Assembly (NCBI GenBank): GCA_965203315.1
Contig: OZ241857.1
Location: 800,001 to 864,000, forward strand
From: Nitrosopumilus sp.
GTDB taxonomy: Archaea; Thermoproteota; Nitrososphaeria; Nitrososphaerales; Nitrosopumilaceae
Reading direction: 5' to 3'
Length of the DNA stretch: 64,000 nucleotides
Positions within the stretch are counted from its first letter, which is position 1; each line of letters begins with the position of its first letter. The notes beneath the pieces are model-generated. The model ran no database searches, was not told the origin of the DNA, and saw only the letters and a program-made list of their open reading frames with translations. The position numbers and the translations under genes are program-made. Shown here piece by piece: positions 1 to 10,582 of the stretch.

Positions 1-108
1 ATCATCTCAAGTCTATTCGAGTACGATCTTGTCTAGGACAGTGTAGAGTTTAATATGACAACTATTGTATGGCCACACATTATTAAGAGTAGAATAACAC
101 ATCAACAC

Positions 109-273
109 ATGGTGCTACCTCTAGCTGATGAATCCAAGCCAAAGTGTTATCTATGTTATGAACGGTTTGACAACATAGATGATCTACGAGAGCATCAAAA
201 AACCAAACACAGTGATATTGAATCACATGAAAAAACAAAAAAGTCTGCACCAGGAGATGTTACGATCTTTTAG
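109..273 (+). CDS. small C2H2-type zinc-finger protein
   Basis: CYLC...HQKTKH motif; ATG at 109 (MVLPLADE) more plausible than ORF start 55. Confidence 0.7.
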   Translation: MVLPLADESKPKCYLCYERFDNIDDLREHQKTKHSDIESHEKTKKSAPGDVTIF

Positions 274-730
274 ATCTTTGTGCAATAGTCTTTGAGACTT
301 GAGCTGGAATAAACTGATCATCTATAGACAATGCGCACTCAAAGTATTTTATAGCATCATCGATCTCTCCTGCCTCTCCCAAGGATAGACCTTTGTACTC
401 TAGTGCCAAAATAGATCTAGGATCTAGTTTTAACACTTTGTCATAATATTGGATCGCAGACACGTACTTGGCTTGAGAGTGTAGTGCTGTTCCTTTGTTC
501 AACAATGCAGTGTGATTATCTGGGTCGATCGTTAATGCCTCATCATACATTTGTATTGCAAGATCATATCTCCCCATACTTTGAAGTGTAACACCTTTGT
601 CAATCAATGCGTGAACATGTTTAGGATCGGTGTCGAGGATCACATCATATAGATTAATTGCGAGTGTGAGATCGCCATCTTCAACGTGTTCGATTGCTCG
701 AGACAGTAACGTATCGATCTCATCATGCAT
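260..730 (-). CDS. tetratricopeptide repeat protein
   Basis: repeated TPR consensus (ALxxKG..L..G.Y..AI..YD.AL.IDP). Confidence 0.85.
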   Translation of the reverse strand: MHDEIDTLLSRAIEHVEDGDLTLAINLYDVILDTDPKHVHALIDKGVTLQSMGRYDLAIQMYDEALTIDPDNHTALLNKGTALHSQAKYVSAIQYYDKVLKLDPRSILALEYKGLSLGEAGEIDDAIKYFECALSIDDQFIPAQVSKTIAQRSKRS

Positions 731-769
731 GTATTTGTTTACTCTAACAACAATAATAGATTTGCCACA

Positions 770-997
770 CTAGGAAGAGTTACGATCTCTAGGATCAAGT
801 TTAAGTGAATGTTCAAAGTATTCAATTGCCTCTTCATACCTACCAAGGCTACGCAGTACAACACCCACATTATTCCACAAGTCAGGATCAGATCTATTCA
901 GAGATAATGCCTTTTCAAAGTATATCAAAGCCTGATCAAAGTCAGCATCATCTAGATATCGCTTTGCTTGACTTACTAGTTTGTCAATATTATCCAT
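770..997 (-). CDS. short tetratricopeptide repeat protein
   Basis: LWNNVGVVLRSLGRYEEAIEYFEHSLKLDP TPR motif. Confidence 0.85.
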   Translation of the reverse strand: MDNIDKLVSQAKRYLDDADFDQALIYFEKALSLNRSDPDLWNNVGVVLRSLGRYEEAIEYFEHSLKLDPRDRNSS

Positions 998-1483
998 ACA
1001 TCATCTACATAGGCAAAGTGAACTTGTCAATATTAAATTAGGTAATTGTAAAGCATACATCACATAGACAATATCGGTCGATTTGAGCAAAGATCTAAAC
1101 ATTAATGATTCATCAGCAAGATGGCATTGTCACGGACATTTAGGTCACATGTTAGATCAAGACGCGTATTCAAATATTCTAACATACAAAAAAATCACGA
1201 CTTTCCCATATACAGTGTATCTCATTTTCTGCCATACAGATTTGTCAAAAGTCAACATGCCAAAATATCAGAGTTATGACTGAGTCTTGTCATGCTTAAG
1301 TTACTTGCAATATATCTAGCACCAAGCAATAAAATTGTCAATCGCAGAGTAACATACCAATATAACTTAGTTTTATATTCACATGATCTACTGCATGTCC
1401 GCATCAGAGATTGTGTAAAAATTACAGTTCTATAACGAGTAGACATAAATTCATAATACAACAAGAGATCAAAGAATAGTGAC

Positions 1484-2047
1484 TTGAGAGTAGAGACCGG
1501 CACTTTAATCATATTTTTAGCAGCATTATGCTTGCTACTAGTCGATATGCCTGATTCTTATTCACAAGAGACGGCTGTGGACATCAGAGTATCGGAACAA
1601 GACAAGATTATCTGGATAACCGGATTTGGTATTGCGGTGATAGGTCTGTTTATATTTTTAGCCAGAGATATCATCTTACGGCGAAAGACGTCATACGATA
1701 CACAAGATTTAGAATCAAAGAAAGATAAGACGTTTGAAAAATATCACTCGGATTGGAATGATGATTATGAAGAGGTTGGAAAACGAACAAGTACAAAAAG
1801 AGATCAAGAGTTTCGTGACGCGATCAATAACGGCGATCTTCCAGATTATTACAGGATACTGGACGTAGAACCAGATGCAACACAAGAAGAGATTAAACAA
1901 AAGTTTCGATCAAAGGTAAAAGAGATCCATCCAGACAAAACACGTCAACAGACAGAAGAGGCCATGGCAGAACTAAATCACGCATACGAGATACTTTCAG
2001 ATGTAGACAGTAGAGCAAAATACGACAGATATAAGAGTCAGATCTAG
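1484..2047 (+). CDS. membrane-anchored DnaJ-domain protein
   Basis: N-terminal hydrophobic segments; C-terminal J domain DYYRILDV...HPDK...AYEILSD. Confidence 0.85.
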   Translation: MRVETGTLIIFLAALCLLLVDMPDSYSQETAVDIRVSEQDKIIWITGFGIAVIGLFIFLARDIILRRKTSYDTQDLESKKDKTFEKYHSDWNDDYEEVGKRTSTKRDQEFRDAINNGDLPDYYRILDVEPDATQEEIKQKFRSKVKEIHPDKTRQQTEEAMAELNHAYEILSDVDSRAKYDRYKSQI

Positions 2048-2421
2048 CACACTCGTACAATCATCATGTTCAGTTGTATGTCGGCAGGAGTTTGAATCAT
2101 GTTTGTGAGATAAGCATAGATGTGAACTTGAGAGTCACCAGTGTTGGCAATTATGTGTAGCTCTTCAAATTCAGTATTTGGGCCAAGCATCTTGGAAGAC
2201 AGTTTTGAAAGTATCTTTAGTTCTGTGATCAGTCCACGCATCTGATATGCAGTCTTGTCTGTAAAGTAGACGCCGCCACGATTGGCAGGCCTGTTCATGG
2301 GCGTAGGAACATTATCAATAGTCGTTTGTGTGATACGATATCTTTGACCATCAAGATCAAGCACATAATTTACAAAAGATTCACCGACTAGTGAGTCCAA
2401 CAGCTTGGTGTCAACTGACAT
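2044..2421 (-). CDS. hypothetical protein
   Basis: 125-aa ORF with normal composition, converging on the DnaJ gene. Confidence 0.6.
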   Translation of the reverse strand: MSVDTKLLDSLVGESFVNYVLDLDGQRYRITQTTIDNVPTPMNRPANRGGVYFTDKTAYQMRGLITELKILSKLSSKMLGPNTEFEELHIIANTGDSQVHIYAYLTNMIQTPADIQLNMMIVRVC

Positions 2422-2639
2422 TCAAATACAATATAGTAATAGTTCTTTTGTGTGTTTCTAGATGTAGATAACAGTCTACCTAGATAATTTTAGAGATCAT
2501 CTGTGTCAATTGCTCTTCAAATGTTTCGAGTTGGAGATTTATGCATACTAATGGACAACATAACCCAACGTATTTTGTATCCTAGTATTGTAACAGACAC
2601 GACATAAACTGTCATCAATTACAAAATGTATAGATCCAT

Positions 2640-3995
2640 TTGATCACCTTTAAAAATACCGTGTCTAGATTCAAATCATTGCAACAACTCGATAGCATTC
2701 ACCATATGAGAGATAGTATAATCAGCTTGATGGTTCAGAATGGTCTCGAGGACGACTGCTATATAGAGATGTTAGATTATGCTATCAATCTATTTGAGAG
2801 TCAGGGGTTTGGGACAGACTATTACGGATATCACAACATCAACCATGAACTAGAGGTCACATATACGTCGCTCTTGGCAGCAAATCAAGATCTGGTAAAG
2901 CTGAACAAGGACGACATAAAACATTTGTACATATCTGCACTGTTTCATGACTTTGACCCACAAAAGAATGTAGACAAGCCACATGAAGAGAGCGTAATAA
3001 AGACTATCTCGAGTGATCAAGAATTGCAAAGAATGCTCAAGAGATCAAAAACCGATTTAGAGATAATCAAGGTGTTGATTCTCAGAACAACGTATCCGTG
3101 GAGTGGTAAACTCAAAGAGAATGCAGAGTCACAAATTGCAGAATTCTTTAACAACTCCGATAGAACTCGAGATGACTCTGCATATCAACAGCATGTAATG
3201 GAGATGGGGTCTTATCTATCGATAGTGGATAGGATTAGTACGTACGCATTAGGCGACTTTAAGAAGGCTATGGAGATGGCAAAGATGAACGCACATGCAT
3301 TAGCATGGCGTCCATCAGTTATTGTACGAAATGCAGTAGCATATTTTGAAGACATATTAAACAAAGAACCAAAAATGTTAGAGGCAATATTAGATACCAT
3401 TCCGAAGAATATGCGAAAAAATTTTTTTGACACAGTCTTGTTGTTTATGAAATTAAGACAGCAAGAGATTGCAATTCAAGCAGACTATGTACATGAGAAT
3501 CTAAAGCTAGTACCTACAATCGAGAATATGTCGACCAGACAGGATCCAAAATTCATAGATACACTGTATCGTATATTTCTTGAACTGCCAACACCACTAC
3601 AGTTTGAGCGCGAAAACTTTGAATATACGATACGAGATCCAGAGAGGATCATAAACACGCTTCGTCGAAACGATCAAAATGGAAGGATCATCGGCTTTGC
3701 GAAAGGAGGTCCACTCGAAAAGTACAAACTACGAGATGAGATTCATGACGAGAATTATGGTGCGCATAACACCATATTTTTAGAACCGTTGGCGTTGACG
3801 ATGGGATACTGGGGACTGAAAGGAGGTAGTGAGATGCGACATTTGTTTATCATGCAGGCACATGCGCTAAAGTACAAATTCCTAACTAGTTTTGCACTAC
3901 GCGAAGTCATTCAGACAAGAGTCGACAAAGAAAAAGCCGAGTTTGTGACCAGATTCGATCCAGAGAGATGGGACTATTATCGAGTCAGACTCTAG
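2640..3995 (+). CDS. HD-domain protein (true start probably ~2706)
   Basis: YHNINH and ALFHD motifs of the HD superfamily. Confidence 0.75.
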   Translation: MITFKNTVSRFKSLQQLDSIHHMRDSIISLMVQNGLEDDCYIEMLDYAINLFESQGFGTDYYGYHNINHELEVTYTSLLAANQDLVKLNKDDIKHLYISALFHDFDPQKNVDKPHEESVIKTISSDQELQRMLKRSKTDLEIIKVLILRTTYPWSGKLKENAESQIAEFFNNSDRTRDDSAYQQHVMEMGSYLSIVDRISTYALGDFKKAMEMAKMNAHALAWRPSVIVRNAVAYFEDILNKEPKMLEAILDTIPKNMRKNFFDTVLLFMKLRQQEIAIQADYVHENLKLVPTIENMSTRQDPKFIDTLYRIFLELPTPLQFERENFEYTIRDPERIINTLRRNDQNGRIIGFAKGGPLEKYKLRDEIHDENYGAHNTIFLEPLALTMGYWGLKGGSEMRHLFIMQAHALKYKFLTSFALREVIQTRVDKEKAEFVTRFDPERWDYYRVRL

Positions 3996-4136
3996 AACGA
4001 GGTCATAAACTTGATAGTATAAACTTGATAGTATAAAATGGACGACAAACGCATAAATTATTATCATTATTGATTTGCCAATTGGTTAAAAAAAATCAAC
4101 TCAAACCCGCTAATATGAGTAAAGACAGTAAAGAGT

Positions 4137-4280
4137 ATGACAATAGGATACTGTGTCAAGTGTCGCGACAAGCGAGATATCAAAGGCGCAAAACCCTACA
4201 CCATGAAGAATGGTAAACCGGCAGTCAAGGGAACATGCCCTACATGTAGCACTTCGATCTTTAGAATAGGTCGAGGATAG
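4137..4280 (+). CDS. small basic zinc-ribbon protein (DUF5679-like)
   Basis: not in ORF track; hand translation MTIGYCVKCRDKRDIKGAKPYTMKNGKPAVKGTCPTCSTSIFRIGRG, two CxxC. Confidence 0.8.
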   Translation: MTIGYCVKCRDKRDIKGAKPYTMKNGKPAVKGTCPTCSTSIFRIGRG

Positions 4281-4294
4281 TCCACAGTGAGCAA

Positions 4295-4546
4295 TCAGTA
4301 CTGCCATCCATCATCAAGACCGTTCCAGAGTGAACGCATCGGGGACGGATCCTTGTTTATTTCTTCAGTTATCCTGTTCTTGAGCACAAAGAAAAAGTTC
4401 TCTAGAGCATCAAGACCACCATCAGCATACAACTCTTTACCAATCTCAGTGATTCTTTGTTGTTTTGTAGCAATCTGATCCGAGTCTGGGTCTTGCAGAC
4501 AAAAGGTCATTAGATCTATGAGCTCCTCTTCCAACATAAAGTCCAT
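4295..4546 (-). CDS. hypothetical protein
   Basis: 83-aa acidic ORF with ATG start. Confidence 0.65.
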   Translation of the reverse strand: MDFMLEEELIDLMTFCLQDPDSDQIATKQQRITEIGKELYADGGLDALENFFFVLKNRITEEINKDPSPMRSLWNGLDDGWQY

Positions 4547-4642
4547 ATCTCCGAGAGTCAGAGAATCACTAATAACTCTAGTGAAAATTCGATACCGTCG
4601 AGGCTTGATTTAAAATCAAGATGTCTAGATATCGATAGTCGC

Positions 4643-4861
4643 TCAATCCCTAGATTGTATCTTTTGTATCTCATTTTGGATCTTTATGACATTCTGTTTC
4701 CAAATTGTCACCATAGACTCTTCATAGCGTATAGCGTCAACCATATGTGACGAGTTATCTCTAAGATCATAGAGTCTGCCAGTATGATACTGTAGCTTGT
4801 TAGTAGCAGTTGTTAATCGTCTTTGTTGAAACTCGAGAACTTTACGCGAGATTGCATTCAC
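4643..4861 (-). CDS. hypothetical coiled-coil protein
   Basis: 72-aa ORF filling an intergenic gap. Confidence 0.45.
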   Translation of the reverse strand: MNAISRKVLEFQQRRLTTATNKLQYHTGRLYDLRDNSSHMVDAIRYEESMVTIWKQNVIKIQNEIQKIQSRD

Positions 4862-4965
4862 ATATGATTATAACATAATGAGTCATAAATACTCTAATCG
4901 ATGTGTTGCCATCGTATAGAATATCAAGACATAGATCAGTCAAAATAAAAAAAGAAAAAAAGTGA

Positions 4966-6828
4966 TCACTGGAATGGATCGATAAACGGACAGTTCACTA
5001 TATGATCCGAGTTCATAGGCTTTGCAATATTGATCTCAACTAGACCATCTTGACGATAAGAGTTTAGATCGTCAATAGTTTCTAGCAACAATGCGTCACT
5101 TGGGTTATTCCAACTAGTCATGTAGATACGCCACATAGGCGAGTATGCATCGTCACCGGGTGCAGCGGCTGCAATTCCAGGTTGAAATCCTAGAGGACCA
5201 GAGCCCACAAGACCATTTTTGAATTGGAACAGATCTACAGCAGCTGAATTTGCAATCAAGTTTGCAGCACTAGGTGCGCTAACTACCCCCATCATCTTAG
5301 CAGGATCGCTAGGAGTTGCGTCTGTCACGATATAGTAGATTGTTGAACCGTCAGGACCCCAACCACGATGTGCGATAAAGGTCACGGTCATCTCATCTGT
5401 GTCGATATCGAGTACTTGACCACCACCATAAGGCGTATCATGTGCGAGTGTCTTGTCTTCTTTGACGATCATTTGACCATCAGGCCAAACGATCTGAGGC
5501 ATATTAACAACCACATCTGTCGATGTAAGCACAAGCTCACCAGCATCAGATGCTGCCATCACCATGTCAGCAGAGTTGAGAAGTCTAGGAGTTGCGTCAT
5601 CATTCCAATCTACTTGCACAATACGTGCTAGTGCACTATATGCCTCTTGAGCAGGTGTAGTTGTAAAGACTTCAGCTTGGAATCCATTTATGCCATCACC
5701 AGATATACCATCACTAAACAGGTATGCTGTAGATAAAGCAGAGTCTGGTGCAGATGCCAATGGTTTTGCGATCTCAACCTTCCAATCTTGTATTGCGGTT
5801 ATTGTGTCAGCTAGTTCTTTATCGCTTGCATCTGTGATGATATAGTATACACTATCACCATCATAGTAGCCAAGGTGTAATGGAATTGTTGCTGGTACAT
5901 TTGCTCTAGATAGTCGAAGTTCTAAAGATTTGTCATATTTTTTGTCCTTTCTGTCACTCATCATCTTGTCTTTCTTATCGTCCATCATCTTGTCTTTCAT
6001 CTTGTCTTTCTTATCGTCCATCATCTTATCTTTCATTGCGTCATCCATCATTGAATCCATTTCTTTGGCATTCATCACCAAGTCTCCCAATAGATAGAAT
6101 ACCTTCATGCAATCAGAAGTGTATGTTTGTTTGGACATCATATCCATATCTGGAGATAGCATCATCATGCCAGACATTTGACTTAGTGCGTCTGCCAGAT
6201 CTACCGAGATCTCGTTAGCAGTACCTTGTATAGTACAAGATAAAACGTCTTCGCTCATCATGTTGTCTCTCATTTCTTGCATTTTCGTCTTATTCATGTT
6301 ATCCATCATTGTGCCCGTCATGTTGTATTTCATCATGGACTTGTCGGCATCTTTTGTCATCGTTGTATCCATCATTGTATCCATCATATCTGATGAAGTG
6401 ATTCGGCTCAATCCATCACCCAATATCTTCAACACACTCATACAGTCTTCACTATATGACATGGTCTCTTCCATTGTCATATTTGGATTAGACTCCATCA
6501 TGCCACGTTCCATCATAGTATTATCTACCATACTACCTAGTGCCTTTGACAGAGACAGTTGAATGTCACTGCTTGTGCCTTGTATAGTACATGATAGAAC
6601 TCGATCAGACATGTCGGGTTCAGTAACAGGAGCTGTTGGAAAATACCTATTTGGATCTTGCGACCAAGCATCTCTGCCACCTTGAATCTCAGAACACAAT
6701 TGTACTCCACAGATATTCGAGTTTGCTGCACTAGCAACGCTTGTGGGCATGGCTAGTACTGCAATCAGAGGTAAAAGTGTCAACATTGCGATATACTGCG
6801 TTGTTTGTTTCATTAGATTAAAGCTCAA
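4966..6828 (-). CDS. secreted methionine-rich protein with C-terminal duplicated beta domain (DUF7482-like)
   Basis: signal peptide; Met/Asp/Lys-rich linker; two YYIxTDAx..xA...YSxxxRI...W repeats. Confidence 0.7.
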   Translation of the reverse strand: MSFNLMKQTTQYIAMLTLLPLIAVLAMPTSVASAANSNICGVQLCSEIQGGRDAWSQDPNRYFPTAPVTEPDMSDRVLSCTIQGTSSDIQLSLSKALGSMVDNTMMERGMMESNPNMTMEETMSYSEDCMSVLKILGDGLSRITSSDMMDTMMDTTMTKDADKSMMKYNMTGTMMDNMNKTKMQEMRDNMMSEDVLSCTIQGTANEISVDLADALSQMSGMMMLSPDMDMMSKQTYTSDCMKVFYLLGDLVMNAKEMDSMMDDAMKDKMMDDKKDKMKDKMMDDKKDKMMSDRKDKKYDKSLELRLSRANVPATIPLHLGYYDGDSVYYIITDASDKELADTITAIQDWKVEIAKPLASAPDSALSTAYLFSDGISGDGINGFQAEVFTTTPAQEAYSALARIVQVDWNDDATPRLLNSADMVMAASDAGELVLTSTDVVVNMPQIVWPDGQMIVKEDKTLAHDTPYGGGQVLDIDTDEMTVTFIAHRGWGPDGSTIYYIVTDATPSDPAKMMGVVSAPSAANLIANSAAVDLFQFKNGLVGSGPLGFQPGIAAAAPGDDAYSPMWRIYMTSWNNPSDALLLETIDDLNSYRQDGLVEINIAKPMNSDHIVNCPFIDPFQ

Positions 6829-6865
6829 GTATTACTTTAAAAACCTTTAGTTTAAACAGATCGGA

Positions 6866-7561
6866 TGTGAGATCCGTAAAGTAGTTTGCCCCTCGTTTGA
6901 TGAGGTATTCTTTTTACGAATCGTCGATTTCTACTACTTTTGGCGGTTGTTTGTTGATAAACGCTTTGTATGGCGTCTCTCTGATGTCAATATTGAGAGA
7001 CATGTGAATGCGTTCATAGTTGTACCATTTCATTGTATTTACTACAAACATGTCTACTGGATCACTTGTTCGTTGCATGTATCCTGCAAATACTGGAAAT
7101 TTGCGTTGAACTTCACCAAACAGTCTCTTAATCTTACCATTGGTTTGTGAATGATTTACGCTTCCAAGAATGTGCTGTATTCCTAGTTCTGTCAATCTCG
7201 CCTCAAACTTTACACTTTTTTTCTCGACTTTTGATTCGCTTGCACAGAATTGTGCTCTACGATCTGTAAGTATCGCAGACGGTTTTCCATGATTCTTTAT
7301 AGCCGTATCTAGTATTACGAGTGCGTTCTCTGTCGTAGCATGTTCAAACACACCATATCCAACTACAAATCGTGATGCGTCATCTTCGTAACATACAAGC
7401 CATCTACCATCATCTAGTAATTTCCATCCAGCATGCCATAGCGAATTAGAGAATTCGCAATCAGATCTTACCTGCTTGTGTTGTTTAGTTGGTTTGTGTT
7501 TAGATAGATTTTCAACTTGCAATATGTGACATGTGACACCGTAGGAAATATCTATTTCCAA
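6866..7561 (-). mobile_element. IS481-like element remnant (rve integrase-core transposase fragment 6914-7561 plus one end)
   Basis: WHAGWK/DDASRF/ILTDRRAQF/NGKIKR rve-like motifs with degenerate catalytic residues; end starting TGT at 6866, repeated at 45927. Confidence 0.7.
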
Positions 7562-7648
7562 TAACGTCTTTCAGACACCAGGAATGCAATAATTGCAGAG
7601 CGGATGGACATCATAGGAAATATCTATTTCCAATAACGTCTTTCAGAC
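7542..7648. repeat. 35-bp direct repeat (7542-7576 and 7614-7648)
   Basis: TAGGAAATATCTATTTCCAATAACGTCTTTCAGAC present twice. Confidence 0.85.
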
Positions 7649-7811
7649 CACATACATGTTGTAACAAAATATCTGCGCACATGCACAAGAGAACAGAATG
7701 ATCCGATCCATTTGAAAGACTCTTCCGGGATCTGTTCACGTGTGTTTGTACATCATCTGGTTCTGCATCTATCACGTGTATCTTGACCATCATCTTTTGA
7801 ATACAACGAAT

Positions 7812-7929
7812 GGATCTTTTCGGTTTACGTGGGATAACATTTTACAAGACTATTCTTGCTAAATTTTCTCTATGACCCCCATAGTGTTGTTTCTGTAACC
7901 ATTCTATCCCACGTAAACCGAAAAGATCC
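7812..7929. mobile_element. MITE family A, copy 1 (118 bp, 25-bp perfect TIR)
   Basis: GGATCTTTTCGGTTTACGTGGGATA ... TATCCCACGTAAACCGAAAAGATCC. Confidence 0.9.
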
Positions 7930-8592
7930 ATTGATGGAACTCACTTTGAGACCGATATATCATCAGATGACGAGTTGGAAGAGTTGGCACGTTCGGGTAA
8001 ACTACGGAAACATACTTGTGTGATCGTACTACTAGTAAACAAGGAAAAGTTGATCCTAACTACGAGTCCACTATACTATGGTAGCATACATTGAGATGAC
8101 TATACTCAAAGAATGGAAATTGGGATTTGGTAAATGGGAGAAAAAGATGAGAGATCCATCAACTCCACGTAAAGAGAGAATAGAGCTGCATCAGGATTCT
8201 GCATACCAAGGTGGCGAGAGTGTGTTTCCGGGAACAAACTTTATCACACCATTCAAAAAAAACCTCGTGGCGGCGAGCTTACCGAAGAGCAGAAAGAGTT
8301 TAACCGAGATCACGGCTCAGAACGCGTAGTGGTTGAAAATTCCATAGAAATGATCAAGCAGTATCGTCACATGCGACAACAAATTGAATGTGTTGAACCT
8401 GATTTAGAAAAAAGAATCGAAGAGGTAGCAGCACTTGTAAATGCAGGCATATTATGGGACAAAAGACGCGATCGACCGACCAAGAGATTTGATAAGCTAT
8501 TGCGTGCATATCATCGGCGTGCCAACAAATTGAGAAAGAGATACGGCCAAAACATCACAAATGCAATACAGGATACCATTATTTGTTTATGA
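7930..8592 (+). pseudogene. IS5-family (DDE_Tnp_4-like) transposase pseudogene, 5'-truncated, two frameshifts
   Basis: across frames: IDGTHF..SGKLRKHT..GSIH / DSAYQG..TPFKK / PRGGELTEEQKEFNR..RVVVENSI; shifts near 8092 and at A8 8255-8262. Confidence 0.75.
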
Positions 8593-8852
8593 TTTACTAC
8601 ATTCCTGTACATTAACGCAACATTTTGACTGTATTTGCAAAGTTGAATGAGATATTCTAATTTTAGACACTTGTATAATGACGTTGACGCAATAACTTAC
8701 TAATTTCAACCAGCTTTGGTATCGTTGAAAACGACTAACACATAATGTCTAATATTGACTGTGATATCGTCTCCAAGACGTCACTTTTTCTCTATTTTAC
8801 GCCTATTTATCCGGCAGGACCTACTATTTTTATACTGTGAAGCACTGAACTT

Positions 8853-10569
8853 GTAAGCGGTTAGGCTGACAACGATCTCGTGGTGTTTTGAGTAAGATAA
8901 CGTATGCAATTCATGTCGATCTGCATGATTAGAAAAAATTAGTGTTTAGTTTGGCTTACCATTGTGTCAACTTTATTTTTTGATCTGTGTAAATACTAGT
9001 ACATAACTATGAATGTCATGCCTCAATCAGAGATGAAGATACTTCGAGAGGAGATCGCAATGTTGCATACACAACTCGATGACAAAGACGAGATAATTCG
9101 CATTACACTAGATATGATTGAATGGCAGAGGGGCGTCATATTACAAGGAGAACTACGAACTGCAGAACTAGAACGTAAACTTGAGCAACAACTGGGCGGT
9201 CATTCAGATCAATGTAAACCAGAGACATGTACACACGCAAAAGAGAGCCAAGAGTTACAACAAAAGATGCCATACTATGAGAGTCCGTTTAATCCATCAT
9301 CCAAGAACAGCATACCTACAATGCAAGAAAGAATAGCAGCGTATATAGATCCAAAGGATTACAATAAAGTAGGCCAAAAAGAGAATCACGTAGGAGTATC
9401 GCAGACGGACAAATCAGCAGGTACTGTCCCGTACATAGATTCAGCGTGTCCAGGCTGCCATGGCATAGATATCACGTACAACAAATCATATCAGTGTAGG
9501 ATTCGTGATGTACCTCTGCCAAAAACCGAGATAAATACGCATGTTGGATATAAACATACGTGTAATGGTTGCGGATACGAGTGGGATACTAGTAAAAAGA
9601 TTCCCAAGATCAAGGGTACAGAGATGAGCATAAACATGCTAGTCCATCATGGAATTTCACTATTCAACAATATGTCACAAGGAATGATTCAAAAACAATT
9701 AGAGTTTTTTGATTACCGTCCATCTAAAGCAACCATAAACAACGCTACATTTGCACTCGTTAACGCAATAGAAGACGATGTTTCAGGCATCTGGAAAGCA
9801 GCTGAAAGTTCTGAAAATGTCAAATTTGACGAAACGCCACATAAAGTACCAGGCAAACGTGGATATGTGTGGACATGTGTCACAGATGATGCAGTTCTCG
9901 TTCGTGTCACAGATACACGAGGATCGAGGGTTTTAGATGAATATTTCAAACCGTTTAAAAACAAATGCAAGACTGTTGATGGATATTGCGGTTACGAGAC
10001 GGATGATGACACACAGAGATGTTGGTCACACATATTGATCGATTCAAAACATGCAATGAAGACTGCCCTATATTGCCATGAAACTACAATATTGCATGAA
10101 AGACTACAAAAGATATTTCACATAGCCAAGGGACGACCGCCGGGAGATGTGTCGGATTTAATAGCACAGGTATTGGATATCGTAGATCAGCACGAAAAGC
10201 TCGGCAACAAGAAATTTGCGACGACGCTGCGTAATGCTGCTCCCAATCTCTTTACATTCGTGAACCATCCTGGAATGGATCCCACGAACAACGAGACAGA
10301 ACTGTACATGCGGCCAATTGCAATACATCGCAACATTTCGCTGCACTTTACATCGCAGCGCGGCATGGATGCATGGTCTATCTTGTTTACGTTCTTCTTT
10401 ACATGTCGCAAACGTGGGCTGAGCATTAGAGACGAATTGTTGAGGATTCTCACGGCAAAGGCTGCTGAAGAGACGTACTAGATAGTAAGTTCGTATGTCA
10501 TGTAAATAATCCATCAATATCCTAAATGCTCAACACACAGCAAGAATCGTTGTCAGGCTAACCGCTTAC
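8853..10569 (+). mobile_element. IS66-family insertion sequence, complete
   Basis: 24-bp TIRs GTAAGCGGTTAG(G/C)CTGACAACGAT; 8-bp TSD CTGAACTT at 8845-8852 and 10570-10577. Confidence 0.92.
9009..10481 (+). CDS. IS66-family transposase (TnpC-like)
   Basis: coiled coil, CxxC...CxxC finger, DET, DGY, QRCWSH, PTNNETE motifs. Confidence 0.9.
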   Translation: MNVMPQSEMKILREEIAMLHTQLDDKDEIIRITLDMIEWQRGVILQGELRTAELERKLEQQLGGHSDQCKPETCTHAKESQELQQKMPYYESPFNPSSKNSIPTMQERIAAYIDPKDYNKVGQKENHVGVSQTDKSAGTVPYIDSACPGCHGIDITYNKSYQCRIRDVPLPKTEINTHVGYKHTCNGCGYEWDTSKKIPKIKGTEMSINMLVHHGISLFNNMSQGMIQKQLEFFDYRPSKATINNATFALVNAIEDDVSGIWKAAESSENVKFDETPHKVPGKRGYVWTCVTDDAVLVRVTDTRGSRVLDEYFKPFKNKCKTVDGYCGYETDDDTQRCWSHILIDSKHAMKTALYCHETTILHERLQKIFHIAKGRPPGDVSDLIAQVLDIVDQHEKLGNKKFATTLRNAAPNLFTFVNHPGMDPTNNETELYMRPIAIHRNISLHFTSQRGMDAWSILFTFFFTCRKRGLSIRDELLRILTAKAAEETY

Positions 10570-10582
10570 CTGAACTTTATGC

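Noticed and set aside
4005-4037. 14-bp tandem duplication ATAAACTTGATAGT
   Set aside because: Two units in an intergenic region with no further structure; probably slippage.
7542-7648. 35-bp direct repeat with 37-bp spacer as a mini CRISPR array
   Set aside because: Only two units, no cas genes or leader, and it lies within IS debris; a local duplication is more likely.
8078-8592. Two small novel cargo genes (83 aa and 87 aa)
   Set aside because: They are frameshifted pieces of one IS5-family transposase.
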